In this document: piece by piece, positions 63,033 to 64,000 of the stretch
Layout: every line of letters starts with the position of its first letter
How positions within the stretch are numbered: the first letter of the stretch is position 1
Assembly: GCF_964355755.1 (NCBI RefSeq)
Contig: NC_092674.1
Coordinates: 2,790,001-2,854,000 of the forward strand
Reading direction: 5' to 3'
Length of the DNA stretch: 64,000 nucleotides
DNA from: Antedon mediterranea
Lineage: Eukaryota; Animalia; Echinodermata
Notes under the pieces: model-generated
What the model saw: only the letters and a program-made list of their open reading frames with translations
Database searches by the model: none
What the model was told of the DNA's origin: nothing
Program-made: the position numbers and the translations under genes

Positions 63033-64000
63033 GTAAGTATTGTATAAAATATTAATATTATGTTTAAAAATACAGTAACCTCATGAAAGCGTGTACAGTA
63101 GGCCTATTACACTGACAACCAATTTTAAGCAATTGCTAATCATGTTCTCTTCACATAGGCCTACACCGTGCATAAACCACGCCTTTTAGTTTCACGCGTA
63201 TAGATTTGTGATTGTTATATTATTACCAAGCAGTTGTCAATAAAATGAACGCAGTGGTAATATGATGTACTGAATTTCAATTTGAATATGGGGTTCTTTT
63301 TGTGTAATGCCACCTGAATGCGATATAATATCCGTTATAGTGGCACAAAAATGATTTAATGACCTTCCCGACGAAATTAAAATGGCACCTTCAAAAAAAA
63401 AATTTTCTTTTAAACTTAAACAAATTCTACTCGATAAATAACTTATAATAATAAATGAACATATATATTCTGGTTTTTCTGTGCTTTCATAGTATTTTAT
63501 TATTATTAACTTGTCGTTGTCTTGTTTTGTTTCTGTTTGTTCAAACTTCAATATGATTACAACTTCTTAACTGGTTACCCGTCACAAGTTTTTTTTTGTT
63601 TTGTTATTCTTTCTGGGTTTTTTGCCTCTTAATTATTTATATTTAAATTGTTATTTTGTTTACTTTGAAAGATAAGAAATAAATGTTATGATGATGATGA
63701 TGATTGTTTGTAGGCTAGTAGTGACGTATTCATTGTGTCTACAGGTCTGCCTCCTATTGTCTTAAATAAATTATACAGTATAACCATGGAGTTATAAATT
63801 CCATGGTATAATAAAAAATAAGGGATGCAGTTAAATACAGGTGTTGTAACTTCCTTAGGAAGGAAGTAGGTAATGCATAGAGGAATATAATAATACCTCC
63901 ATGGGTGATACTCAGATTCCCACTTAGAGAACCAACGTAAGTGATTTGACCAATCACAAGTGATGGATCATTCGAATTGTCGCTTATGATTGGTCGATTC

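Noticed and set aside
63745-63769. Possible short terminal exon giving a soluble form of the second receptor
   Set aside because: Only a plausible acceptor followed by a stop after 8 codons; no supporting homology.

Overview
AT-rich, intron-containing animal genomic DNA, most likely an invertebrate deuterostome such as an echinoderm (inferred from gene content and repeat families). I built exon models by hand from GT..AG sites and phase continuity. The window holds five gene models. (1) GCC2/GCC185 golgin on the minus strand, 22 coding exons, with the end of the GRIP domain outside the window. (2) A complete IL-1-receptor-like gene (signal peptide, 2 Ig, TM, TIR; minus strand). (3) and (4) Two tandem SAMD9-family STAND NTPase genes on the minus strand: one intact (about 1839 aa) and one broken by a SINE insertion and a 2-bp frameshift. 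(5) The 5' part of a second, divergently transcribed IL-1R-like paralogue on the plus strand. The most striking object is the SAMD9-like architecture. The AlbA_2/Schlafen-like nuclease is absent. The N-terminus carries an Asn-rich RHIM-like stretch, a TRADD-N-like domain and two SAM domains. The C-terminus carries an extra helical module that closely resembles the eIF2A/PYM C-terminal motif. Non-coding DNA is dense in SINEs, MITEs and minisatellites, and includes a Penelope-like fragment with a hammerhead core and several P-element-like footprints. All family assignments come from recalled motifs, not database searches.
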